Source of the DNA: an uncultured Nannocystaceae bacterium
GTDB lineage: Bacteria > Myxococcota_A > Polyangia > Nannocystales > Nannocystaceae
Assembly (NCBI GenBank): GCA_964432695.1
Contig: CAYSPB010000001.1
Span: 30,138 to 94,137 of the forward strand
Direction of reading: 5' to 3'
DNA: 64,000 nucleotides
Part shown: positions 17,663-26,179 of the stretch, in pieces
How the letters are laid out: each line of letters opens with the position of its first letter
How positions within the stretch are numbered: position 1 is the stretch's first letter
Position numbers and translations under genes: made by a program
The notes under the pieces: model-generated
Told to the model about the DNA's origin: nothing
The model's database searches: none
Seen by the model: the letters and a program-made list of their open reading frames with translations, nothing else

Positions 17663-18058
17663 TTGCAGTTCGAAATGGACGGCGTCTCGACGTGGTACTT
17701 GCACTCGATGACACGTCCTTACGGTCCGATTCTGCTCAAGGCGCTCGTGGCCGCTGCGGTCTTCGGTGGCGTCTACGTCCTGCTCGCGCCCGCTTTCAAC
17801 GCGTCGCCGGAGTGGGTTTGCGAGGCGCCGCGTGAAGGCAGCGACGAACCGCGCAAGTGTTACCGAATGGCGGAGTACTGCGAGGGACCGTGCGTTCCAG
17901 CCACGTCTGTCCAGTGCTTCGAACACGGGTTCGTCGGTGCGCTCGACCGTCGACTTGGCCCAGACCGCGACTGCTTCGCGTCAGGCGAGGACTGCAAACG
18001 CGCCCAGGCCAAGAGCAACGAATCGAGCAAGACCGCGTGCGGACCGGCCTGGGAATGA
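17663..18058 (+). CDS. Small membrane-anchored Cys-rich hypothetical protein
   Basis: 131-aa ORF. One TM (ILLKALVAAAVFGGVYVLLAP) is followed by a domain with 8 Cys. An alternative start is MTRPYG at 17708. No family recognised. Confidence 0.5.
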   Translation: MQFEMDGVSTWYLHSMTRPYGPILLKALVAAAVFGGVYVLLAPAFNASPEWVCEAPREGSDEPRKCYRMAEYCEGPCVPATSVQCFEHGFVGALDRRLGPDRDCFASGEDCKRAQAKSNESSKTACGPAWE

Positions 18059-18076
18059 GCGTTTCGCAGCAGGCTG

Positions 18077-18262
18077 CTAGGTTCGGAGGGCCGGGTGTCC
18101 AAGCTCGACACCGAAGTGCGTGTTCACGCTTTGGTACCAAGCTTGCGCTCGCCCCTCGCTGAGGACAGTTCTCAGACGGGGGTAGTCGGAAAGGTCGAAG
18201 CCGATCGTATCGGCGGGATCGAGCGCTGAGCCGAGCGAAATGTCGGCGATGCCGCCGGCCAA
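18077..18262 (-). pseudogene. Possible glutathione-S-transferase C-terminal fragment
   Basis: The translation GGIADISLGSAL..DTIGFDLSDYPRLRTVL resembles the GST C-terminal helix pattern (..ADI.L......g.dl..yP.L). No N-terminal thioredoxin-like half exists upstream. It overlaps the LysR fragment by about 30 nt, so one of the two may be spurious in the overlap. Confidence 0.3.
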
Positions 18263-18655
18263 GCGCTCGTGGCTTCACCCAGGCTTCCTGGTGTCGATCG
18301 GCTGACGCACCCCCACGAGCTTCGGAAGATGCCCGGTCTCGTGCTCGGTGGCTCAGACCGTCTGGGTTGGATGCTGCAGTGCGGCAAGAACCGAGAGCTG
18401 ATCGAGCCGCAGGTCCGTCTGTGATGTCCGTCCGCGAGCGTGATTCTGGACGCGGCGCTGGCGGACCAGGGGATATGTCTGCTTCCTCAACACATCGCCG
18501 CGCCGTACCTCGCACGCGGAGCGTTGGTCCCGGTGCTCGAGAGCGCATGGCTGCCGCCACTGCCTCTGCATGCGGTCTTCCCGAGTCGCAGCGGTGGAAA
18601 CCCGACGCTCGCGGCCTTTCTGGCCGTCGTTCGAGAGGGGCTTCACATTTCGTAG
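18230..18655 (+). pseudogene. LysR-family regulator remnant: C-terminal effector domain only, interrupted by an in-frame TGA
   Basis: One reading frame gives ..ALVASPRLPGVDRLTHPHELRKMPGLVLGGSDRLGWMLQCGKNRELIEPQVRL-TGA(18422-18424)-CPSASVILDAALADQGICLLPQHIAAPYLARGALVPVLE..PLHAVFPSR...LAAFLAVV. This is a typical LysR substrate-binding-domain pattern. The N-terminal HTH (about 150 aa) is absent. Confidence 0.6.
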
Positions 18656-18738
18656 CCCCCGCCGCATCGCCGAGCGCGCGCACCCGGTGGTCGTGACGAG
18701 TGTCGCGAGCCGGCTGCACCTGCTTGCGTAGCGCTGCG

Positions 18739-19344
18739 TCAGCGACGACCGAGGGCGGTCTTCATCAGGAGCAGCGCTTCGCGCCCGGCGTTGGCCACGA
18801 GCTGGCTCTCCTCGGACTCGCCTTCGACCGGCTTCAGGCCGCTCTTGCCCATCGTGAAGTCCGAGTCGAGCGTGCGACCCTTGAGCTGGTCGAGGAAGGC
18901 GTCCTTGGTGAGGTCGAGGTTGCCGCGATAGTCGTACACGCGCACGCGGCTGATCTCGCCCTTGGTGTTCACGCCGATGCCGACCTCGAGGGTGAGGATG
19001 CCTCCGTTGAGCACCTTGGGCTTCGTTCGTGGGTCGATGAAGATCGCGACCCCGAGGAAGCGACCTTCGGCATCGTGGGCGAGGAAGAACTCGGGCGCCT
19101 TGTCCTCGGGGTACAGGTCGAAGCCGAGCTGCTTCTCGAGGAACTTCACTTCCTCTTCGGAGTACTGGTACCGCTTGATCTTCCAGCCGTTGGGGTCGGC
19201 TTCGGGGAAGAGCTTCATCAGGTTGCGGTGGGTGATCTCCCAGCTCCCCCACTTCGCCAGGTGCGCTTGGGCCGGCGCGGGCGGAGCGACGAACAGCCCG
19301 CCGAGGGCAACGGCGAGGACGAGGTGCTTGAGCGTTCGCAGCAT
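18739..19344 (-). CDS. Secreted hypothetical protein (possible FMN_bind-like fold without a flavinylation motif)
   Basis: 201 aa. Signal peptide is MLRTLKHLVLAVALGGLFVAPPAPAQA. The segment LTLEVGIGVNTKGEISRVRVYDY loosely resembles FMN-binding-domain proteins. Fold assignment is weak. Confidence 0.6.
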   Translation of the reverse strand: MLRTLKHLVLAVALGGLFVAPPAPAQAHLAKWGSWEITHRNLMKLFPEADPNGWKIKRYQYSEEEVKFLEKQLGFDLYPEDKAPEFFLAHDAEGRFLGVAIFIDPRTKPKVLNGGILTLEVGIGVNTKGEISRVRVYDYRGNLDLTKDAFLDQLKGRTLDSDFTMGKSGLKPVEGESEESQLVANAGREALLLMKTALGRR

Positions 19345-19457
19345 GATGAGCGGACCGATGGTCTCGGTCGTGGGCCTATGACGTCAACGGCCCGCGATCG
19401 CTTCAAATCCAGCGATGCCGGCTCCGGTGGGGACTAGTGCAACATCCGCGTGCGCGG

Positions 19458-19952
19458 CTACGTCGCGTACTTGATCTCGATGACGAGGTCGTTGTCGATT
19501 GCAACCTGCGTCTCGTCCGAGGTGCCATCGCAGTCGAGGTTGTTGCGGACGTACTTGCCCCGCTTTGGGCCGCTGGAGCATCGGATGTACGTGTGGATCA
19601 AGGCGTTGCGGCCGTTGCGGTCCCTCTTGAGCGTGTCGGCGGGCGGACCCCAGGCCATGAACAGCGCAAACTCGTGAAAGCCGACTTCGACTTCACCGCG
19701 CTCGGCCGCCTTGCGCTCTTCGGGCGGGAGGGCCGACCACTGGTCCCAGAGTCCGTTGCCCTCGAGATACGCCTGCCGGTTCTCCGCCACGAGGAACGCG
19801 GACTGGTCTTCTGGCGTCTCCATGACGTCATAAAAACGCCGGTCGAGGCTGGGCAGGCGGTCGGGCGTCATGGCGCAGGCCACCGCCATCAGACCGGCGA
19901 GCAGCGGCGCGTGGAGCAAGCGCAACTGGTCGTAAATGCTGCCGAATCGCAT
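19458..19952 (-). CDS. Hypothetical lipoprotein
   Basis: Starting at M44 of the ORF gives MRFGSIYDQLRLLHAPLLAGLMAVAC with a lipobox (MAVAC). The upstream part of the ORF is non-protein-like. Confidence 0.6.
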   Translation of the reverse strand: MRFGSIYDQLRLLHAPLLAGLMAVACAMTPDRLPSLDRRFYDVMETPEDQSAFLVAENRQAYLEGNGLWDQWSALPPEERKAAERGEVEVGFHEFALFMAWGPPADTLKRDRNGRNALIHTYIRCSSGPKRGKYVRNNLDCDGTSDETQVAIDNDLVIEIKYAT

Positions 19953-20239
19953 TGCGGCGGAGCCTAGCATGTCGATCGCCGATGCCCGCGATTCCGGTGG
20001 ATTGTCGGGTGCAAACCCGAACTGCGAACTCTGCGCAGCCCGCTGCGGCGCGAACGCTCGCAGGTGCAGTCGATTTGGCATCTGCTTCGGGGCCTCGGTC
20101 GGGCTACAATGTGGGGACGCCTCGCGCGTTTGCCCGCCCCCTCATGGTTTTGTTTTCGCGCACGCAGCCGCTCGCCGCCCCGGTGCAACCGGATGGTGAC
20201 TCGAACGATCGGCGCGGAAGACTCGGGCTCCACCGGGGA

Positions 20240-20268
20240 TTGACTGGAATCGCGGCCGCTGCTAAGAA
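20240..20268 (+). promoter_or_regulatory. Candidate sigma70-type promoter for cdnL
   Basis: TTGACT (20240-20245), a 17-nt spacer, then TAAGAA (20263-20268), about 100 nt upstream of the cdnL ATG. The -10 is weak. Confidence 0.25.
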
Positions 20269-20369
20269 CACGCCGCCTACGTTGCCGTTCGTGCGGCGTG
20301 ATTTGCGCGCTGCAGCGCGCACCAATCTGCGTTGGGTTCACAGGAGCCCCGCAAAGGAAGCGACTCGAC

Positions 20370-20861
20370 ATGGCCGATAACTCGTTCAATGTAGGCGAAA
20401 AGACGGTGTACCCCGGACACGGGGTTGCCGAGGTCGTCGGCCTCGAAGAGCAGGAGATCTCCGGACACGCGCTGGTCTTCTACGTGCTTCGCGTTCTCGA
20501 AAACAACATGACCGTCCGCGTACCCAAGCACAAAGCTGCGGCGGTCGGGTTGCGACGCCTCGTCAAAGACGAAGAGGTCGGCCAGGTCTACGAAGTGCTC
20601 AAGCACCGCGGCGACAAGATTTCCACCGCGACGTGGAACCGCCGCTACCGCGAGTACATGGAAAAGATCAAGACGGGCTCGCTCGTCGAGATCGCGACCG
20701 TGCTGCGCGACCTCTGCCTGCTTCGCAGCGACAAAGAGCTTTCGTTCGGCGAGCGCAAGATGCTCGACACGGCGCGCTCGCTGCTCGTGCAGGAGCTCGC
20801 CCTCGCCAAGGGTGAGGACGAGCCCACGGTGGCCAAAGAGCTCGACGAGCTCTTCGCCTAG
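20370..20861 (+). CDS. cdnL: CarD/CdnL-family RNA-polymerase-binding transcription factor
   Basis: Starts MADNSFNVGEKTVYPGHGVAEVVG (CarD_CdnL_TRCF N-domain) with the SD sequence AAAGGAAG upstream. 163 aa with no HMGA-like tail, so it is CdnL-type rather than CarD-type. Confidence 0.9.
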   Translation: MADNSFNVGEKTVYPGHGVAEVVGLEEQEISGHALVFYVLRVLENNMTVRVPKHKAAAVGLRRLVKDEEVGQVYEVLKHRGDKISTATWNRRYREYMEKIKTGSLVEIATVLRDLCLLRSDKELSFGERKMLDTARSLLVQELALAKGEDEPTVAKELDELFA

Positions 20862-20873
20862 CCCAAGCCGCCC

Positions 20874-22967
20874 TCAGGCGGGAAAGACACACAGCTGCTC
20901 CTGAAGGCAAACCATGCCCTCGGGACACTGCCCTTGTGCGTCACAGTCGACGACGCACTCGCCGACGCCGTCGGAGGTGAAGTCGCGGCAATCGAGGTCC
21001 ACGTCCGGTTCGCCGGGCAGGGCCGGGCAGTCGGAGTCCACGTGGCAACCCTGCGGCGCACACACCCCTGCGTCGAGGGCGGAGGACTGAAGGCAGATGT
21101 TGCCCTCGGCGCACACCGTCTGCGGGTCGCTCACGCAGTCGCCGTAGGGATCGATCTCTTCGGGCTCGACGGGTTCGTCGACGTCGTCTTCACCGGCGTC
21201 GTCCCCGGGCTGCACGGCGCACGCTGGGTCGTCGGTGATGCCGAGGTTGAGTGCGCATGTCGTCTCCGCGAATCGAGCGGTCCACGTGTCTCGCTTCACG
21301 CTGGTCGTTGCCAGCGGGGCGAGCACGGGATTGAGCGTACCGATGTTGGTGAGCAGCACGTCGGGTGAGAGGCCGAGTTCGGCCGCCGCCCGCTCGAGTG
21401 TCACGCTCTCTTCGAAGCGCGCGTTGCTCGTGGACACGGGTTCCAGCATGGAGGTCACGTCGACGCCCGCGAGCTGTTGGCTGCCCAAGAACGTCGCCGA
21501 GTCGTCGTCGACCAAGGCAGCGAACGCGGCCTGGTTCGGATACAGCGACTCGACGTGGTCCTTCGTTTGCGCGTCGAAGGCAACGCCCCCGAGTACGTAG
21601 TCCCGCACGTCGTCTTGGGCCCCGAGCACGTGCGAGTGGCAGCCGATGCATGAGGCGCCCGCACGCAGGCGTCCGTCCGGTTGAAGCGGGTCGCCGCTGA
21701 TGGCTGGGTCGCCCTCGTTGATGCGACCGCCGGCGCCGTCGAACAGCGCGTACGCCTGAAACCCGTTGGGCAGCGCGAAGATGACCGACCGCTGCGTCTC
21801 CTGAAAGTCGATGGGGCTCGTGAAGATGTTGCCCTCGGCGTTGCTGTCGTCGTTCACGTCGTACGCGATCCACAGCCCGCGGTCGGCACCGACGGCGGTC
21901 TCGTGACGCTCGATGATGCGGTTTTGCAGCGACGCTTCGGAGTCGAGCACGCCCGCGCGTGCGGCCTCCGCCGACGCGATGTTGTCGTTCACGTCGACAC
22001 CCAACCGGGCTTCGAGCTCTTGGAACGTGACGGGAATGTCGAGCAACTCGTAGTACGTGGGGGGGAGCAGCGCGACGTTGGCGAACGCGGTGTACATCAT
22101 CACCGGGACGTCGGATCCGGTCAGCTCGCGGAGCACGTCGCCGTCGTCGCCTGGCCGAATGAACGCGTACGGGTTGGCGTTGACCAGCAGCTCCCACTTG
22201 TTGGAGAGGTCTGCCACCGGTTGATCCCAGCCGTAGTCACGCAGGTCGACGCGGAAGACCGTCTCGGCTTCGTCGACGGCTTCGGGATTGGTGACACCCG
22301 GCTCGATCGACAGCGCGTTCACGGTCTTCCGCAGTGCCATCCGATGCAGCTCCAAGCTCTTCTGGCAGTCTGCATCGATGCCCAGCTCGACGAGCGTCAG
22401 GTAGCGGATGAAGGGTCGGTCATCGGCGTCGATTGCCAGCAGGTCGGCGGTCAGGGTCTTCAAGAGCGTGTCACCGCTCATGGCCACGCTCTCGGTACAG
22501 GTGGAATCGTCCCCAACGCACGCTTCGACGAACGACCCCAACCGTTCGGCGCTCCCCTCGGGGAGTGGTGCTGCCTCGGCTGGAGGCATCTCCCCAGCGA
22601 CGATGCGTTCCAGCAGAGGCGACGCATCAGGTGCGCCGGGGACGATCCACCCACCATCGACGAGACCCGCCACTCCACCACCCTCTGCGAGCGTCAGCTC
22701 CGCATGGCAGCCGCCGCAGTGGGTATCTAGGCTCGCAAGGGTCCAGGTGGCCTCCTGCGTGCAGTTCGTGGGTGGGGGCTCAGCATCGGGATCGGGTATC
22801 TCGGGATCGAGCGGGTCACCGGAGGAGTCTGCGTCCCCGGTGTCGGGTGTCGCACTCGTGGCTTCGTCATCGACGCCCGCGTAGGGAACGCCCGAGTAGC
22901 AGCCGGTCGAAAGTCCGGCGAGGACGAGCGTGGCGTGAAGGGGGCGTCGGAAGATCGAGTTGTGCAT
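20874..22967 (-). CDS. Lipoprotein with two CxxCH heme-binding motifs (N-terminal Planctomycete-cytochrome-c-like domain) and a Cys-rich C-terminal tail
   Basis: Starting at M15 gives MHNSIFRRPLHATLVLAGLSTGC (lipobox). HCGGCHAEL...GAPDASPLLERIVAGEMPP matches the PSCyt1-type pattern. A second site is SCIGCHSHV. The C-terminal roughly 90 aa hold 14 Cys. Paralog of 23058-24845. Confidence 0.75.
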   Translation of the reverse strand: MHNSIFRRPLHATLVLAGLSTGCYSGVPYAGVDDEATSATPDTGDADSSGDPLDPEIPDPDAEPPPTNCTQEATWTLASLDTHCGGCHAELTLAEGGGVAGLVDGGWIVPGAPDASPLLERIVAGEMPPAEAAPLPEGSAERLGSFVEACVGDDSTCTESVAMSGDTLLKTLTADLLAIDADDRPFIRYLTLVELGIDADCQKSLELHRMALRKTVNALSIEPGVTNPEAVDEAETVFRVDLRDYGWDQPVADLSNKWELLVNANPYAFIRPGDDGDVLRELTGSDVPVMMYTAFANVALLPPTYYELLDIPVTFQELEARLGVDVNDNIASAEAARAGVLDSEASLQNRIIERHETAVGADRGLWIAYDVNDDSNAEGNIFTSPIDFQETQRSVIFALPNGFQAYALFDGAGGRINEGDPAISGDPLQPDGRLRAGASCIGCHSHVLGAQDDVRDYVLGGVAFDAQTKDHVESLYPNQAAFAALVDDDSATFLGSQQLAGVDVTSMLEPVSTSNARFEESVTLERAAAELGLSPDVLLTNIGTLNPVLAPLATTSVKRDTWTARFAETTCALNLGITDDPACAVQPGDDAGEDDVDEPVEPEEIDPYGDCVSDPQTVCAEGNICLQSSALDAGVCAPQGCHVDSDCPALPGEPDVDLDCRDFTSDGVGECVVDCDAQGQCPEGMVCLQEQLCVFPA

Positions 22968-23057
22968 GGGTCGGATCCGAGAAATAGAGGGGACGTACGC
23001 TCGGACCATTCCGACCGCACGCCCCTCGGGGATGAGTGATGCTGGAAAAAGAAACTC

Positions 23058-24845
23058 CTATTCGCACTCGGGGTCGTCGGCGATCCCGAGGTTCAGCCGG
23101 CAGATTGTGTCGGCGAAGAGCGATGACCACGTGTTGCGTTTGACGCCGGTCGAAGCCAGAGGCGTGAGCGCCGGGTCGAGTGCGCCGAGCTGCGTGAGCA
23201 AGACCTCGGGCGCAATGCCCAGCTCCGCGGCCGCGACTTCGATGCTCACGTTGAACTGGAACCGCGCGAACGTATCCGAGACCGGTTCTTCCTCGAGACC
23301 CGGGTTGATGTCGAGCCCCGTGACCGCAGCCTGGTAGGTCTGCGTATCCGCAGCGACGACGTCGTCGAAGGAGGTCTGCGGCAGGTAGAGCGCCGCAACT
23401 GTGTCCTTCGTCTGTGCGTCGAACTCCACGCCGTTGAGCACGTAGTCACGCACCGAGTCCACTGCCGGGATGATGTGCGGGTGGCACCCGAAGCACGAGA
23501 CCCCGTTGCGGACGTTGTCGTCGTCCTGGGACGGATCGGTGACGATGGCGTCCGGAGCAACGTCGAGCCGATTGCCCGCCGCGTCGGTGAGCATGTACGC
23601 GTGCAACCCGTTGGGCAGCGAGAAGATGACCTCTCCGCCGGCCTCTTCGAAGTCGAGCGGGCTCGCGTAGATGTTCTCGGCCTCGTTGCTGTCGTCCTCG
23701 AAGTCGTAGCTGATCCAGAAGGCACGGTTCGACGCGAGCGGAATGTCGTGCCGCTCGATGATGCGGTTCTGGGTCGACACGCCCGAGTCGAGCACCCCTG
23801 CGCGGGCGACCTCTTCATCCTCGATGTTGTTGTTGATGTTCACGCCCAGCTGCGCCTGCAGCTCCTGCAGCGTCTCGGGAATGCCGACGAGGTCGTGGTA
23901 CAGGGGCGGCTGCGATGCAATGTCGATGAAAGCGTCTGCAGCGAGCATGGGGATGTTGGTACCCGAGAGCTGCTTGACCGTTTCCGCCTGGTCCTCGAGG
24001 CGTTCGACCGAGTAGGGACTCGCGTCGACGAGTGCTTCCCATTTGTCCGAGAAGCCCGCGACCGGAAGATCCCAGCCGTAGTCTCGAAGGTCGACCCGAA
24101 GGATCGTCGCGTCGGTGTCGATGGGGACGAGGCGGGCCAGCTGCGCTTCGTTGGAAAGCGCGTTGATGAGCTTCGTCGTCGCGTCGCGGTACGTCCGAAG
24201 GTCGTCTTCGCACAGACCGGCGTTGTAGAGGTGGGTCAGAGAGAGGTAGCGAATGAACTGTCGGTCGTCCGCATCGATCGTGGTGAGGTCCGCGATCATC
24301 AGCTCGAGGCTGTCGATGAGAGACAGCGACTGATCCGTGCAGTCGAGGTCCGGGCCAGACGGTCCGCATTCATCGATGTAGTCGCCGAGGCGGTCGATGG
24401 CAGTATCACTGGGCCGCGGCATCACGCCTGCGGGCGGCATCGTGCCCGCCTCTACGCGGGCGAACAGCGGCGAGCCGGCGGCGTCGCCGGGCACGATCAG
24501 TCCTAAGTCGATCAGGCTGTCGTAGTCGTCGATGTTGGCCAGACCGCCCTGGTCGGCCCCGTTGGCGTGGCAGTTCCCGCAATGCTCGATGACGAACTCT
24601 TCGAGCCACTCGGCTTCATCTTCACATGCCGCCTCGGGTGGGGGGTCGGAGTCCGGGGCGTCCGAGTCCGACGAGCCCGCGCTCACGCCCCCGCTCTCTT
24701 CGGCGCTGTCCGTCCCTTCGATGATTTCGCCATCGCCTTCGGTATCCGCAGAATCCGTGTCCGTCTCGAGCACGACGTACTCGATTGGGGCGCATGCGGT
24801 GAGCGCGGAGAGGGCAGCGATAGAAAAGCGTGAGGGGGTCGACAT
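23058..24845 (-). CDS. Lipoprotein with two CxxCH motifs; paralog of 20874-22967
   Basis: MSTPSRFSIAALSALTAC (lipobox). HCGNCHANGADQGGLANIDDYDSLIDLGLIVPGDAAGSPLFARVEAGTMPP and SCFGCHPHI are present. It aligns with its neighbour across the central region (DADDRQFIRYLSLTHL vs DADDRPFIRYLTLVEL; IIERHD vs IIERHE). It lacks the Cys-rich tail. Confidence 0.75.
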   Translation of the reverse strand: MSTPSRFSIAALSALTACAPIEYVVLETDTDSADTEGDGEIIEGTDSAEESGGVSAGSSDSDAPDSDPPPEAACEDEAEWLEEFVIEHCGNCHANGADQGGLANIDDYDSLIDLGLIVPGDAAGSPLFARVEAGTMPPAGVMPRPSDTAIDRLGDYIDECGPSGPDLDCTDQSLSLIDSLELMIADLTTIDADDRQFIRYLSLTHLYNAGLCEDDLRTYRDATTKLINALSNEAQLARLVPIDTDATILRVDLRDYGWDLPVAGFSDKWEALVDASPYSVERLEDQAETVKQLSGTNIPMLAADAFIDIASQPPLYHDLVGIPETLQELQAQLGVNINNNIEDEEVARAGVLDSGVSTQNRIIERHDIPLASNRAFWISYDFEDDSNEAENIYASPLDFEEAGGEVIFSLPNGLHAYMLTDAAGNRLDVAPDAIVTDPSQDDDNVRNGVSCFGCHPHIIPAVDSVRDYVLNGVEFDAQTKDTVAALYLPQTSFDDVVAADTQTYQAAVTGLDINPGLEEEPVSDTFARFQFNVSIEVAAAELGIAPEVLLTQLGALDPALTPLASTGVKRNTWSSLFADTICRLNLGIADDPECE

Positions 24846-24958
24846 CGTTCATCCCGTTCCTTCCAAGAGGCTTCCGGGTAGTCGCGATGGCGGCCCTGTT
24901 GTCAGCGGCTACTTCGATCTTTTTGGACGGATCGACCGTTCGGTCGCGCTCGCAAGCG

Positions 24959-26179
24959 TCAGCACGCTTCGGGCAAACCCCACGGCCCACGCAGGGTTTC
25001 GTCGAGTTCGTCGTTCGTTGCTGCATTGATCGCGTCGACCAGCCCACAAAGTGCAGTGGTCGGATCACGCGCGATCGGCTGTTCGGCAACCGCGTCGAAG
25101 ACCGAAACCACTGCGGTCGTGCCGTAGTCGGTCCGTACGCGCAGCAGCATCGCTGCAATGAGCTGGTCGGCGAAGAACCCCTCTGCGCTCCACCCCTCGG
25201 CGAACGTGGTTGCAAACCTCGATGGTGAACGTTCCCAGCGGGCGAGCTGTTCGAGCAACCGCCCCGGCTGATGGGCGTCGCTCGGCACGAGCAAAGCCGC
25301 GTCTGCGTCGGTCAGGCACATCGCGGAGATGGCGTGCGGTACCACCGAACGCCATGCATCGGTGGGCCAAACCGCCCGACCGTCGAGGGTGTCGGTCGAA
25401 AGACCTCGACCGATTCCAAAGAGAAGCGGCCAATGAGGCACGGGGCTGTCCGGATGCGCACGCATGTCGTCGCCGGAGGCCCGCGCGCCCTGAACGACGC
25501 CGCCTTCGGCACATATGCTCGCCGTACCCGTTTCGCAGTTCATCGGCTCGACATCCACGACGGCGAAGATGCGGCCCGAGCCGAGGTTCGAGTCTTCAGC
25601 GAGCGGGATCTCCTGTTGAAGCGTCATCGCGTAGGTGTCGACGCAGTCTGCGTACCACTGGCTCCACCGTGCGACCTCGTCGGGTGCAAGGTCGTCGACC
25701 CATGTGAAGAAGAGGACCTCGTCGTACCGCCACGCGTGCAGCGAGAGGTCGCCGTCGTACAGAGACGCGAAGGTCCGCACACCTTCGTAGGTGGCCGCAT
25801 CGCCCGTGGTGCTCGCTGTTGCGCTCGAACTCGAGCCGCCGCTCGCCTCGCCCGTCGACGTTTCGGAGCCCGTGGTGAGCGGCGGGGTTGGGGGGTCGTC
25901 CTCCGGGGGTACGCATCGTCCCGCGATGCTCATGGCCGCGTGGTTGCCGAACCGTCGTCCCGAGTCGCAGGTGTCGCTGGGGTAGCTGCAGTATGGAGGG
26001 CTAGCCTCACACCAGCCCTGCACACCACTGATGACGCACTGCGTGTCGTCGTCACAAGGGAAGAGGATGTGCTCGTTGCAACCGGTGAGTGGAAGGCACG
26101 CGACGGCAAGCCGCAGCGCGAGGTCTCGCAACCCCGCAGCGCCGCGGTTCCGGTGGCACCCTCTCGTGCGGTCGTTCAT
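24959..26179 (-). CDS. Hypothetical lipoprotein
   Basis: The ATG at 26179-26177 overlaps the upstream TGA as ATGA, giving MNDRTRG...LAVACLPLTGC (lipobox). This is followed by a Cys-rich segment, a Ser/Thr/Gly linker and a roughly 280-aa domain with no recognised family. Confidence 0.65.
   Translation of the reverse strand: MNDRTRGCHRNRGAAGLRDLALRLAVACLPLTGCNEHILFPCDDDTQCVISGVQGWCEASPPYCSYPSDTCDSGRRFGNHAAMSIAGRCVPPEDDPPTPPLTTGSETSTGEASGGSSSSATASTTGDAATYEGVRTFASLYDGDLSLHAWRYDEVLFFTWVDDLAPDEVARWSQWYADCVDTYAMTLQQEIPLAEDSNLGSGRIFAVVDVEPMNCETGTASICAEGGVVQGARASGDDMRAHPDSPVPHWPLLFGIGRGLSTDTLDGRAVWPTDAWRSVVPHAISAMCLTDADAALLVPSDAHQPGRLLEQLARWERSPSRFATTFAEGWSAEGFFADQLIAAMLLRVRTDYGTTAVVSVFDAVAEQPIARDPTTALCGLVDAINAATNDELDETLRGPWGLPEAC

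Noticed and set aside
18422-18424. The in-frame TGA in the LysR-like frame could be selenocysteine or read-through.
   Set aside because: There is no SECIS-like hairpin immediately downstream. The gene also lacks its entire N-terminal half, so pseudogenisation is the simpler explanation.
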